Shown: positions 13,488 to 26,296, numbered from the whole stretch's first letter. The stretch is 63,709 nt of DNA, filler included, from Octopus bimaculoides (GCF_001194135.2; 4 parts of 4 records of this genome joined end to end with filler, not necessarily neighbours in it); one strand, 5' to 3'. Numbers and translations are program-made. The notes: generated from the sequence alone by a model not told the origin.

Positions 13488-13825
13488 AAATATATATATA
13501 TATATACTTACACACACACACAGATACATATATATACGCACACATATATATGTATATCTGTGTTTGTGTGTGTATGTGTGTGTATATATATATATGTACA
13601 CATATATATGTATCTGTTTATCTGTGTGTGTGTGTTTGTGTGTGTGTGTGTTCATACACACACAAATGAACACACACGACAGGCTTCTGACAACCAAGGG
13701 TTTTGTTGACCCAAAACTATAATAAGAGATACTGCCCAAGATGTCACACAATAGGGCTGAACCCAGGACCATGTGGTAGGAAGTGAGCTTCTTACCACAC
13801 AGCCATGCCTGCACCTATACATACA

Positions 13826-13858
<33 letters not shown>

Positions 13859-13869
13859 GTATAGGTGCA

Positions 13870-13907
<38 letters not shown>

Positions 13908-14044
13908 AAATGGCTGATAGTTAGCAAGGTGAGACACACATAAGAAAGAAGGAAACAAAGGACCACTGATGAGGTCACAGAAGTGTGACGAAAGAACTCT
14001 GGCCGAAATAAGATTAAGATTAAGATTAATGTAATATAAAGCTG

Positions 14045-14083
<39 letters not shown>

Positions 14084-14146
14084 AACACCAAATATACAGT
14101 GCGTGTGTTTTTATTGGCTAAACTGGCAATATGACCATCCCCAAAT

Positions 14147-14185
<39 letters not shown>

Positions 14186-14327
14186 TACAACATACACACA
14201 CATATATATGCATTCTAACACACATTTGTTCTTTCTGAGATTATGATAAAAAAATAATTCTTTCTGGCACTAAGAAGATGGTAAGTGATAAACATGAGAT
14301 GGATGGATGTGTTTCTGTGTGAGCATA

Positions 14328-14368
<41 letters not shown>

Positions 14369-15059
14369 GAGTCTTTGTGTGTGTGTGTGTGTGTGTGTGA
14401 GTGCATGTATATATGTTTGCGTGAGCAAGTATGTGTACGAGAGTATTTGTGTGCATTGGTAGGTGTGAATGTGTGCAGGTACATATATACATGTGTGTGT
14501 GTGTGTGAATGTATGGAAATATGTATGGATGAGCAAGAGTGTGTGTGTGTATATATATGTCTATATGTGTGTGTGTGTGAGCCTCTCACTCAGCTGTTGC
14601 TTCTGAGCAATTCTCCAGCCTCTCCAGCTTTCCACACTCCACATCTTTCACCACCACCACCACCACCACCACCANNNNNNNNNNNNNNNNNNNNNNNNNN
14701 NNNNNNNNNNNNNNNNNNNNNNNNNNNNNNNNNNNNNNNNNNNNNNNNNNNNNNNNNNNNNNNNNNNNNNNNNNNNNNNNNNNNNNNNNNNNNNNNNNNN
14801 NNNNNNNNNNNNNNNNNNNNNNNNNNNNNNNNNNNNNNNNNNNNNNNNNNNNNNNNNNNNNNNNNNNNNNNNNGGGGGTGGAGGTGCCTGTGTGGTGGCA
14901 CTGAAGGTGAGCAGGGAGGAGTAAATCTAGAAATAGTAGCACCAACAACAACAATAACAACAACAACAACAACGAGGTGCCACAGAAGAAGATGTGATGA
15001 TGTTCGGAAGATAAACGTAAATATTCAAAAAGACTTCAAGGGAATAAACTAAATAAAGA

Positions 15060-15117
<58 letters not shown>

Positions 15118-15665
15118 GAAGGTATGGTTGTGTGGTTAAGAAGTTTGTTTCCCAACCACATGGTTTCAGGTTCAGTCCCACTGTGCAACATTTTGGTTAA
15201 ATATCTTATACTATGATACTAAATGCCTTGTAAGTGGATTAGGTGGATGGAAACTGAGAGAAGCCTGTATAATACAACTATCTTGTTTCATTTCAGACAT
15301 ACATACATGCATACATACATATGAAATTCCAATGAAGGAGCCTTGGATCTAGGTTAGAAACCGTTTTTTTCTCTATTGGTAAGAAATTTTGAAATAAACT
15401 GAATAATGACATACATACATACGGGCAGACAGACAGACAACTGCTTCGAAACCTCCAGCTTCTATATTCAGACTATGAATTCATATTCATACCAATAGTA
15501 ATTGGCTCACTAGGTTTTGTTAGTAAATGCTTAAAGGAGAATCTGGATAAACTGGGATTTTCAGAAAGAGAAATCAACCGGTTAGTTCATACAAGGGCGA
15601 TTAGTGAGTGGAACAGTAAAAATATGCAAGACTTTTCTCAAGTTCCAAATGTTAATTTGCCTGTG

Positions 15666-15740
15666 TTAACTACATCCTAAACATGGAGCCTTGTATCTTT
15701 GTTGGAAACTGGCTCCCTCCTCAGTGGAAAATTTATGTAA
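15666..15740 (-). CDS. Candidate exon, LHKFSTEEGASFQQRYKAPCLGCS* if phase 0
   Basis: Very strong acceptor catgtctcttctgtttttcag|; no good donor; a second frame is also open to a stop. Confidence 0.3.
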   Translation of the reverse strand, partial: LHKFSTEEGASFQQRYKAPCLGCS

Positions 15741-16164
15741 CTGAAAAACAGAAGAGACATGCATACATACATACATTGTTAACTGTCTCATCATAAATAT
15801 GATCAGCAAAAAGAAAAAAAAAACAGTGAGAGATAAATACCATTTAATACACTGAGTATTTAAATATGAGCTACTTATAAAACTCCATCCTGTCAACACT
15901 TCAAATGTAAAATTCTCTCCTGAAGATGGAGGCGGCGTTATCTGATAATGGATCCAAGTAACTATCATTATTCCGGACTACAAAGCCCCCAGAAACAGCT
16001 GTTGGACACGTAAAACTCAACCCATTTAACTCCTGATATCATTTATATTTTGTGTAAGCCAAACTATTTTATATCCACACACATGTACACTTTTTTATAT
16101 TAAATCTATCTAATATTCTGCATAAATTGACTTGCCTGACTTGCTTGTCATTACATTGACTCAC

Positions 16165-16208
16165 CTCCCAGCAAAAGCTCAAATCTCTTGAGCACTTCGA
16201 AGTGTATT
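16165..16208 (-). CDS. Candidate 44-nt exon (YTSKCSRDLSFCWE or IHFEVLKRFELLLG depending on phase)
   Basis: Consensus donor GAG|gtgagt, acceptor gtcctctatatag|; two of three frames open. Confidence 0.45.
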
Positions 16209-16245
16209 CTATATAGAGGACACCTGTCTCTAACCTGTCTCTAGT

Positions 16246-16585
16246 GAAGGTGCATGGCTCAGTGGTTAGAGTATTGAGCTTACAATTGTGAGGTTGTGAG
16301 TTTGATTCCCGGACTGGGATGTGTGTTGTGTTCTTGAGCAAGACACTTTATTTCATGTTGCTCCAGTTAACTCATCTGTAGAAATGAGTTGCGACATCAC
16401 TGGTGCCAAGCTATATTGGCCCCTTTGCCTTTTCCTTGGATAACGCTGGTGGCATGGAGAGGGGAGGCCGGTATGCATGGGTGACTGCTGGTCTCCCATA
16501 AACAACCTTGCCTGGACTTGTGCCTCAGTCGGTAACTTTCTAGGTGCAATCCCATGGTCATTCATGACCGAGGGGGGTCTCTTCC
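16246..16585 (+). mobile_element. SINE family D (tRNA head plus CORE-like central block)
   Basis: TGGCTCAGTGGTTAG A box, GTTTGATTCC B box, TTGAGCAAGACACTTTATTTCATGTTGCTCCAG block; near-identical layout at 39260-39597. Confidence 0.85.
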
Positions 16586-16963
16586 ATATATATATATATA
16601 TATTTATATAAAGTAACAAACTGAGGAAAAGGGATTCTTGCAAGGGATCTCTTTTAAACATCCAATTCACTGGTACGTCAGTAGGACACCATATATAAAA
16701 ATGGGTATAATGAAATTATAAAGATAAATTAAATACAGACGTCTACTATTGATAATCCAATAATTCATTTATATTATAATATTATACGATATACTATGAA
16801 TATAATATGTAATATAACATTATATTATATAACATAAACAATTATGTTTTTAATAATTGTTTGTTGTATAATATTATGTTATCTTATATTCATAGTATAT
16901 CATGTAATATTATAATATAAATAAAATTTTGGATTGTCAATAGTGTCTCTCTATTTAATTTAT

Positions 16964-17009
<46 letters not shown>

Positions 17010-17292
17010 CAAGGCAGTTTATAAATCACTGATATTGTGTGCATGTGTGCTTACTCTGTTATGGTTTAGGACTTGTAGTCTGATTTTATTTTCTGTAACT
17101 TAGCAGTTTGACAAATAAAAACCAATAAAATAAGAACCACACAGTAAAAGATATTAGAGTTAATATAAACAACTGAAACCCTTCAAGGTGGTACTCCAGC
17201 ATGGCCTGCAGCCCAGTGACTGAAACCAGTTAGATAAAGGCTACATATGGATACACACTAACACACACACACATATGTATGTATATTGTGTG

Positions 17293-17340
<48 letters not shown>

Positions 17341-18202
17341 CATACATACATACACACACACATACATACATACATATATATATATATATGTAAAGAAAAT
17401 AAACATAATGAGTCAGGAGAAAATATATAAAAAATATATATAAAAAACCCTTAGATAAATATGAAAGACAAAATTATGTGTGTTCGTATACATAGATGTA
17501 TGTCTCTATATGTATACGTGTGTGCATACATATATATAATATACATACATACACCAACTTGTATATATATATACACATATTTATATATACATACACCAAT
17601 GTGTGTATATACATATGCACATGTGTGTGTATATATATATATATATATNNNNNNNNNNNNNNNNNNNNNNNNNNNNNNNNNNNNNNNNNNNNNNNNNNNN
17701 NNNNNNNNNNNNNNNNNNNNNNNNNNNNNNNNNNNNNNNNNNNNNNNNNNNNNNNNNNNNNNNNNNNNNNNNNNNNNNNNNNNNNNNNNNNNNNNNNNNN
17801 NNNNNNNNNNNNNNNNNNNNNNNNNNNNNNNNNNNNNNNNNNNNNNNNNNNNNNNNNNNNNNNNNNNNNNNNNNNNNNNNNNNNNNNNNNNNNNNNNNNN
17901 NNNNNNNNNNNNNNNNNNNNNNNNNNNNNNNNNNNNNNNNNNNNNNNNNNNNNNNNNNNNNNNNNNNNNNNNNNNNNNNNNNNNNNNNNNNNNNNNNNNN
18001 NNNNNNNNNNNNNNNNNNNNNNNCCATAAACAGCAATAAATTTTTAGTGAAAAATAAGTATTATCACACTTTATCAGCTATTAATCCTTTGGAGATGAAA
18101 CCCTTCAATATTCCACTTTTTATGAGACATAAAATAAATAAGGGCATATTAACCAAAATATATACATATCAAAAGAATATGAATTTCTATAGTGTGCGCA
18201 TC

Positions 18203-18238
<36 letters not shown>

Positions 18239-18283
18239 CTTCATGTGTGCACACAAACACACACACACAAACACACACACATA

Positions 18284-18330
<47 letters not shown>

Positions 18331-19664
18331 GAATGTTTTTATATCAAGTTATATATAAAAAAAAATTATGTAGAACTGAAGGATGCTCTTTATACAGTTT
18401 TAGTAGAATAAATATAGTGTAACTTTTACAAACAAAGGTTGATAGTGACTTCGAAGTTTCCGCTTACTTGCCTTTGTTTGGTGAAGGTGAAAGAGATGAA
18501 ACTTTGAAGTCGCAGTCAACTTTTCCTTGTTACAACTTCATCATTATAGTTTAACTTCCACTTTTCCACACCTGCATGTGTCAGATGGAATGTAAGGTAG
18601 ATATTCTATCATCCTGATGTTCTTCTTGTCACCGATCCTCATCTGCAGCAAAGGAAGGGTGGACAGATTTTCATCAAAGGAAAGAAGCAATGGGCATGCT
18701 TATGTGAGGGTGATGCTTGTTTACGACTTATGTGAGGTCATGACATGAAGACCCTCCACACACACACACACACACTTATTTGTATATGTGTACATGTACA
18801 CATTTTCATTTATTTATATTTGTGGTCTACAAAAGTCGATTGTTATAAATGTTGATATCACGTCTGACAACAAATCATTCATTCATTTTGAACTTTAAGT
18901 GTTAGTGACAGGAAGGGTATCCTGTTGCGAAACAATTTCTCAATGATGTATACATCTAACCCATGCAAGCATTGAAAAAGGGATGTAAATGATTGAATGA
19001 CAGAAGGAAGGAAAAATGGCAAAAAACATGTTTTGATTCTTGGTTGCCTCTTTTTTTAATCTTAGTTGAATCTGCTTGTCTGTCACCTGATGATGTCAAG
19101 GAAATAAATACCAGACAAAATACTGGGTCTAATATAATTGGCTAAAACAGTTTAGTGTGGTGCTCCAGCATGGCAACTGTGCAGTGACTGAAACAAGTAA
19201 AAGAATAAAACAACTATCAACTAATTTAATCTTTAAATCTATTTAATGAGATGTGAAATTTAGTTGTTTGCAGACAGTTTTTGTCTCTGGATTGTTTCTA
19301 CACTAAATATAATGACAGACATATTTTGACAAGATAAAATGTTAATAATTGTGTTGTTATTTAGTATTTTGCTTAAAAAAAAAATAAACTCCATCTGGAA
19401 GCAAAGTGACAAACAAAAAGAAATAAATTCTCAAAAAGAACCACTTCTGTCTCCTTTTTAGCACAAAACTGGCAGGCTGATGAAGGTTAAGTAAATAACG
19501 ATGTTGTCTAGACAAATAAGCAAAAAGGGCTGTTTTTTCACCAAAGGAAAGGGGTTAGGATTGATTGTATCAACTCTAAAATATTAGAGATTTCTTGCTG
19601 GAAGGATGAAACAAAATACTGCAAAATCATTTAGTCTGCTGCTTTGATATTTCTGCAAACTTAC

Positions 19665-19680
19665 TCGCTAAGTGGTACAA
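19665..19680 (-). CDS. Candidate 16-nt microexon TTGTACCACTTAGCGA
   Basis: Strong acceptor cctctgtttatcttttag| and consensus donor CGA|gtaagt. Confidence 0.45.
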
Positions 19681-20299
19681 CTAAAAGATAAACAGAGGAC
19701 TCACATATTTATTTTCATCCCATTCTCACCATGCAGTTTCTTCAACCTCTCTGTTTTTGTACCTTGAGGGTATGTTCTGACACCTCATCACCATCGTTAT
19801 TATCTCCCTTCCCAGCTTCATGTTGTTTACTTCCATCCAACCTTATATTATGTGGGGTAGCCATGTGTCTCCTCTGCAGCAACAAACCTATTCTTGTCTG
19901 TCTGTCTATTATACTTTACTCCCATAGGGCTACCTTTCTCTTCCTGTCTCTCTCTCCTGTGCTCTAATACAATCAAGGGAGGATCTTTTTTAGCCTTGCA
20001 AGTCACTTGTTAAACCTCTGTTGTGTTGGTGTCCCACAAAAAGCACCCAACACATGCTATAAAGTGGTTGGGGTTAGGAAAAGAATCCAGGTGTAGAAAC
20101 AGTGCCAAAACAGTCATTGGAATCCAACACAATCTTCTGAATTTTGTCCCATTGATTCATCTAACCTATGCCATCATGGAAAACAGATTTTAAATGATGA
20201 TGATGATGACAAAAGAAAGATCTAATGTTTACCAAGTGGCTGTGTGGATAAACACCAAAAGCTATCCAAAATTATTAGTCAGGAGATTGTATCCATTGA

Positions 20300-20440
20300 T
20301 CTGTAAGCAACAACAAGGTATTCACTGCATGGTACCATGTCATTGTAATTCGTAGTGACAATGGTTAACCATTTGATTCAAGTGGTTTTGGTGAATTCAC
20401 AGCCCTCAGGTTCACCTCGAAATGGTCTCATATGATCAAT
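20300..20440 (+). pseudogene. Decayed LTR-retrotransposon (Gypsy-like) integrase core fragment
   Basis: Translates KVFTAWYHVIVIRSDNG*PFDSSGFGEFTA, matching the integrase xSDNGxxFxSxxFxxF motif; in-frame stop. Confidence 0.55.
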
Positions 20441-21120
20441 GTATCAATAATATGCTCATGCCTCCATTTTAGCTATCATAGATGCCATCATCATCATTTA
20501 ACGTCCACTGTTCCATGCTTGCATGGGTCAGGTGAAATTCATTGAGGCAGATTTTCTATGGCCAGATGTCCTTCCTATCACCAAGCCTCACCTGTTTCCA
20601 AACAAGGTAATATTTCCCTCTGGCCAGACAGGTTTTTCAAGCAGACAAGAAAGGAACAACACTGCTTCTATGATGATGACGCTTATTAACAACCATCACA
20701 TGATGTCGAAACACATATACACACAAACATATAACGGGATTCTTTCAGTTTCTGTCAATCAAATTAACTCACAAGGCTTTGGTTAGCTTAGGTCTATAAC
20801 AGTAGACACTTGCCTAAGGTGCTGCACACTGGGATTGACCTTCAAACTGCGCGGTTAAGAAGCAAACTTCTTAAACACACAGCTACATACAAATGTGTTA
20901 ATATTTCTTCTTGTTCACTGCAGACATGGCAGATATGTAAACGGTGTGTTGATCTGCTATGAATGTGTTAACATGTTAACTGTGTTCATGTAATAACAAT
21001 GTGTCTACTTTCACTTTAGTTATGTCGCATGTATTAACATGTCTCCACTATCCCCTTAGAGCCAGTTAGATGTGTTAATGATGTCTTTTACCTTTTACTT
21101 CTCCTACTACCATTCCACAG

Positions 21121-21400
21121 ATGACTTAACAATGCTGGAATATAAAAAGATTCAGGGTATTCAAGAGGATTATCCCAGCTTTGGAAAAATTAAAAGATTA
21201 AAAAACATTTTCTATTGGATAGAACACCAGCCATTCATATTTTTTGATAATTTCTTTTATGCTTTGATACATGTCTTAGACACTCCTGGTGAGAAATCTT
21301 CTGAATATTCTGACGTTCTGCCAATACAGGGTCCATGTTTTAGATGACACATCCTTCATAAGCGAAGAATTCAATATACAATCCTAGTATCCAACTAATA
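21121..21400 (-). pseudogene. Decayed RTE-type LINE ORF fragment
   Basis: SKTWTLYWQNVRIFRRF then frameshift to HQECLRHV, resembling the post-RT SETWTLY...RFHQRCLR segment of RTE LINEs. Confidence 0.55.
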
Positions 21401-21454
21401 GCAACAAAATATACATTAAACAGTTATCAGAGTCCTTCCTCATATTTCTCAAGA

Positions 21455-21900
21455 TCATCTTCGTCATCATCTTCGTTTAACGTCTGCTTTCCATGCTAGC
21501 ATGGGTCAGACGATTTGACTGAAGACTGGTGAAACCAGATGGCTACACCAGGCTCCAACCTGATTTGGCAGAGTTTCTACGGCTGGATGCCCTTCCTAAT
21601 GCCAAGCACTCCGAGAGTGTAGTGGGTGCTTTTACGTGCCACCGGCACAAGGGCCAGTCACATGGTACTGGCAACGGCCACGCTCAAAATGGTGTATTTT
21701 ACATGCCACTTGCATAGGAGCCAGTGCAGCGGCACTGGCAACGATCTCGCTCGAATGTCTTTACACGTGCCACTGGCACAAGTGCCAGGAAGGCGACGCT
21801 GGGCACANNNNNNNNNNAAGTGCCAGGAAGGCGACGCTGGGCACAGGTGCCATCACGATTTCGCTTTCGCTTGCCCCAACAGGTCTTCACAAGCCTTTCA
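21455..21900 (-). mobile_element. SINE family B
   Basis: TTTAACGTCTGCTTTCCATGCTAGCATGGG tail; internal GGCAACG..C.CGCTC repeats; 10-N gap inside. Confidence 0.8.
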
Positions 21901-23561
21901 AGGAGAACTATTTAATACATCATCAATTGAATGACCTTTGTTTGTTGTTTAAGATTGGCCTTGGAACATCAGGATTATCATTATCATCATTTTAATGTCC
22001 ATTTTTCTACGCTTGCAGGGGTTGGATTAAGTATATGGGAACATATTTTACAGCTGGATGCTCTTCCTGTTGCCAAACCCTGACCTGTTTTCAAGCAAGG
22101 CAATATTTCCCCATATGACCAGACATGTTTCTATAGGATATTGGAAGCAGACGACACTGCTTGTATGACAGTGACGCTCATTTACAACTATCACATAATT
22201 TCATGACAAGGAGATACACACACACACACACACACACATACATATACACACAAATATATACATACATATAGAAACAGATATGTATACGTACACACACACA
22301 CACGCACACACACACAAATGACAGGCTTATTTTAGTTACTGAACCACCTCACCAGGCTTTGGTTGGTTTGGGTCTCTACTAGAAGACACTTGCTCAAGGT
22401 GCCATGCAGTGGGATTGAACCTAAGACCATGTAGATAGGAAGCCACAGACCTTGATTTCATAAAAATAATGTCAGATTGCAAGCAAACAACACCAGTTGT
22501 ATGACAGTGATGCTTGTTTACAATTAGCATGTGATGTCAAGTCTAGGAAATACACAGACTCACATGCATAAGCACGTGCCCACACACAGACACAGACACA
22601 CACAGACACAGACACACACAGACACAGACACACACAGACACAAACACACACAGACACAGACACACACAGACACAAACACACACAGACACACACAGACACA
22701 GACACACACAGACACAGACACACACACAATTTTGGTGTTTGATGAGCTGCTTTAAGCTTCTGCTAACCAAATTTATAAAAAAATTCTGTTTGGCCCAAAG
22801 TCATTATAAAAGACACTTGCACATGATGCTGTCCAGTGGAACTGAACCTGAAACCAAATGGTCAGGACGTGAACTTCTTAACCACACAGCCAGTCTCAAT
22901 AATCACACATTGATACTCGATTTCCATATTAAGGACTTGTTCTCTTGTTTGTAATTCAAACACACATACATGTGTGTAGGTGTGTGTATACATAAACACA
23001 TATACACACACNNNNNNNNNNNNNNNNNNNNNNNNNNNNNNNNNNNNNNNNNNNNNNNNNNNNNNNNNNNNNNNNNNNNNNNNNNNNNNNNNNNNNNNNN
23101 NNNNNNNNNNNNNNNNNNNNNNNNNNNNNNNNNNNNNNNNNNNNNNNNNNNNNNNNNNNNNNNNNNNNNNNNNNNNNNNNNNNNNNNNNNNNNNNNNNNN
23201 NNNNNNNNNNNNNNNNNNNNNNNNNNNNNNNNNNNNNNNNNNNNNNNNNNNNNNNNNNNNNNNNNNNNNNNNNNNNNNNNNNNNNNNNNNNNNNNNNNNN
23301 NNNNNNNNNNNNNNNNNNNNNNNNNNNNNNNNNNNNNNNNNNNNNNNNNNNNNNNNNNNNNNNNNNNNNNNNNNNNNNNNNNNNNNNNNNNNNNNNNNNN
23401 NNNNNNNNNNNNNNNNNNNNNNNNNNNNNNNNNNNNNNNNNTGTTAGCATGGGTTGGACATATAAATATATATATATATACACACATACATATATATATA
23501 CATATACATATATACATATACATATATACATACATATAAATATATATACATATATACATAC

Positions 23562-23594
<33 letters not shown>

Positions 23595-23624
23595 TATATG
23601 TATATATACACATACATATATATA

Positions 23625-23655
<31 letters not shown>

Positions 23656-24372
23656 ATACATACATATATATACATACACACACACACACACACACATATA
23701 TATAAACACAGATGTGTTTATAAATACTCGTATACATTTTATACACACACACACACACACACGTATATATATATGTGATGTGTGTTGATGTATCATTTAT
23801 ATCCAGAGCCCAGCAACTACAGATGTAACATGTAAAAAGACATTCCCAGTAGCTCGTTTCTCTGATTTCGGTTAATTGTTGTATGAAAGATGTTTGTAAT
23901 GTCTGCAGGTGGTAGGTAAGTAAGTTCTAGGCTACAACGAGACCAGGCTTGTGAGCAAATACCCTAACCTACTTAAAATAACTAATTTCTTTTGACTTTC
24001 CATCACTGCTGGGTTTCTGGTGGCAAAGCTTCTCAGCATCCATCCACTGACTCCAAAGTGTACATATGCTTTTACACACCAACATGTACACACAGACACA
24101 CAAGTGAAATGAAACAAGAAAGCCATGGAGTACAGTTTCCATAATTTTATATTATTTATTATATTATTTGGCTTTCTTAATAAATTGTTTACACAAAATA
24201 TAGTTGAGATTTTGGCATTAAAATGCCCTATTCAAAGCTTGAGAAATCATTACAAACAAATAAACAAGTGAGACATTATTAAGGGACTGTAGACACTTTT
24301 AGCTACAAGCTATATAAACAATTAATTACAGATGCATACTGTGCATGCATGCATATATATATATATATATAT

Positions 24373-24580
24373 ATATGGGAGAATTTACGAAAAAAACAAC
24401 AGACGAAGACAGGTGGTGTAAATAAAAAATGGATGTATTAGTATAACGCTCGGGAACAGAGAAAATCTTTAACGTTTCGAGCCTACGCTCTTCAACAGAA
24501 AGGAACACAGAAAGAAATAAGGAGAGAAACAAGGAGAAAAAAATATAAATGTAGTGGTCAGCGATCTATCATGGCGAATG
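24373..24580 (-). mobile_element. Probable Penelope-like terminal-repeat fragment carrying a hammerhead-like motif
   Basis: CpG-rich insert between (TA)n and unique DNA; contains the motif at 24467-24502. PLE assignment is inference from the ribozyme type. Confidence 0.45.
24467..24502 (-). ncRNA. Minimal type I hammerhead-like motif, core variant CUGUUGA
   Basis: CUUU-CUGUUGA-A-GAGC(GUAG)GCUC-GAA-ACGU-U/AAAG: stem I 4 bp, stem II 4 bp, palindromic stem III. Confidence 0.55.
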
Positions 24581-24838
24581 CTGGACAGAAGGATCACACA
24601 GGAGAGCTAAGAAAAAGGGGAGATAGCAAAGAAGTGGTGAACCCAAGATGAGAAGGTGCATGTGTGTGAGAGAATGCTGGTGATCTTAACGTATGCATGT
24701 GTATATGTAGGTGTGAAGGTGTGAAAATGTGGGGAAGGGAATTGGTCAGTGCTAGTGTGTGCGTGGTGGTGTATTTTATGAGAGGCAAACAAAATTGACA
24801 TTTACAAAACCTAAGTCCCATGCAAAATATTGTATCCA

Positions 24839-25220
24839 CCCTTTTGATATCAGCCCACTTGAAATTATTTCCAGTTCTCTGATACAAACTTCTTGTTTTA
24901 AACTGATTTAAATTACAACTTTCATCACAATTTAAAGTTAATTTATGCTCAGGACACCAGTGTAATAACGACAATTATTTTGCGAAATTCTTCTTGATTT
25001 TCAAAATAAATCCAAAGACAGTATATTCCAACAGAAATATGGCAACAAAAGAGTCATAGTGATTTAAATCAAAACCTTCCATCAAAGTTCCATGTTAATC
25101 TATGTTAATTTATGTTAATTTATGTTACTAAATACAAACTTAATAATGACAAAAAATTTTCACTAAATTCTTCATTATTTTCAAAACAAATTGACACAAA
25201 TGCAGTAACAAAAGATTAAA
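24839..25220. mobile_element. piggyBac-like MITE, family 2, with an internal ~150-bp duplicated unit
   Basis: Starts CCCTTTTGATATC, ends GTAACAAAAGA-TTAA; GATTTAAAT...TTTTCAAAA unit occurs twice; related copy ~28727-29055. Confidence 0.55.
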
Positions 25221-25551
25221 CATATTAAAAAAAAATTTTTTTCAAGATTAAAATACTGATTTCAAATTCTAGTACAAGGCCAGCAACAGTACACACTTGG
25301 TACTTGTTCTATCGATGCCAAATTACTGCAGCAGAATTTGAACTCAGAACGTAAAGACAGATGAAATGCCGCTAAGCATATCACCTGGCGTGCTAACGAT
25401 TCTCCCAACTCGCTGCCACAATTGAGATTAAAATAATGGTTTCAAACTTTGGCACAAGGCCAGCAATTTCAGGAGAGGGGTAAGCCAATTACATCACCCC
25501 TGGTGCTTAACTGGTACTTATTTTATCGACCCCAAATGGATGAAAGGCAAA

Positions 25552-25930
25552 TTCATCATCATCATCATCATCGTTTAACGTCCGCTTTCCATGCTAGCAT
25601 GGGTTGGACGATTTGACTGAGGACTGGTGAAACCGGATGGCAACACCAGGCTCCAGTCTGATTTGGCAGAGTTTCTACAGCTGGATGCCCTTCCTAACGC
25701 CAACCACTCAGAGAGTGTAGTGGGTGCTTTTACGTGTCACCCGCACGAAAACGGCCACGCTCGAAATGGTGTCTTTTATGTGCCACCCGCACAAGCCAGT
25801 CCAGGGGCACTGGCAACGATCTCGCTCGAAAATCCTACAGGAGCCAGTCAGGCGGTACTGGCAACGGCCACGCTCAAAATGGTGCATCTCATGTGCCACC
25901 CGCACAAGAACCAGTCCAGGGGCACTCAAC
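25552..25930 (-). mobile_element. SINE family B, 5'-truncated, nested in a family-C SINE
   Basis: (CAT)n-CGTTTAACGTCCGCTTTCCATGCTAGC tail; host SINE C is split at 25551/26420. Confidence 0.8.
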
Positions 25931-25959
25931 AGATATTTGTCCTCATCTTGTTTGTTGTT

Positions 25960-26005
25960 AACACAACGTTTCAGCTGAACTACTCTCAAGCCTTCTTCAG
26001 GTGTC
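25960..26005 (-). ncRNA. Minimal type I hammerhead ribozyme motif, intact core
   Basis: GACAC-CUGAAGA-A-GGCU...AGCU-GAA-ACGU-U/GUGUU; predicted cleavage between 25965 and 25964. Confidence 0.65.
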
Positions 26006-26296
26006 TTGGGGAAATTTTGAACCTGGGTTCTCATTCCTAAGGTAATTTTTGATGTTATTACTGTTATTATTATTCAGGTCACTGCCTGGAATTGAACTCA
26101 GAATCTTGCGGTTAGTAGCCTGCGCTTTTAACCACTACGCCATATGCCCATGGCATAGTGGTTAAGAGCACAGGCTACTATCTCCAACATTCTGAGTTCG
26201 ATTCCAGGCAGTGACCTGAATAATAATAATTATAATTATAATAACAACATTGAAAAATACCTTAGGAATGAGAACTCAGGTTTGAAATTTACCCAA

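Noticed and set aside
14046-14080. ~35-nt poly(A) tract as a retrocopy tail
   Set aside because: No target duplication and no recognisable parent sequence upstream.
15325-15370. Hammerhead-like CCAAUGA-A...GAAAC layout
   Set aside because: Two core substitutions including G5 and no clear stem I or III in this copy; at most a dead relic.
18572-18642. Minus-strand 71-nt exon candidate MRIGDKKNIRMIEYLPYIPSDTC
   Set aside because: Good acceptor but weak donor (gtgtgg); it creates stops when joined to the 19.67-kb microexon. Not excluded as an alternative or poison exon.
21072-21347. 91-aa plus-strand ORF with good acceptor (ccattccacag|) and donor (G|gtgaga)
   Set aside because: The opposite strand carries recognisable RTE LINE motifs, so the plus frame is probably their shadow.
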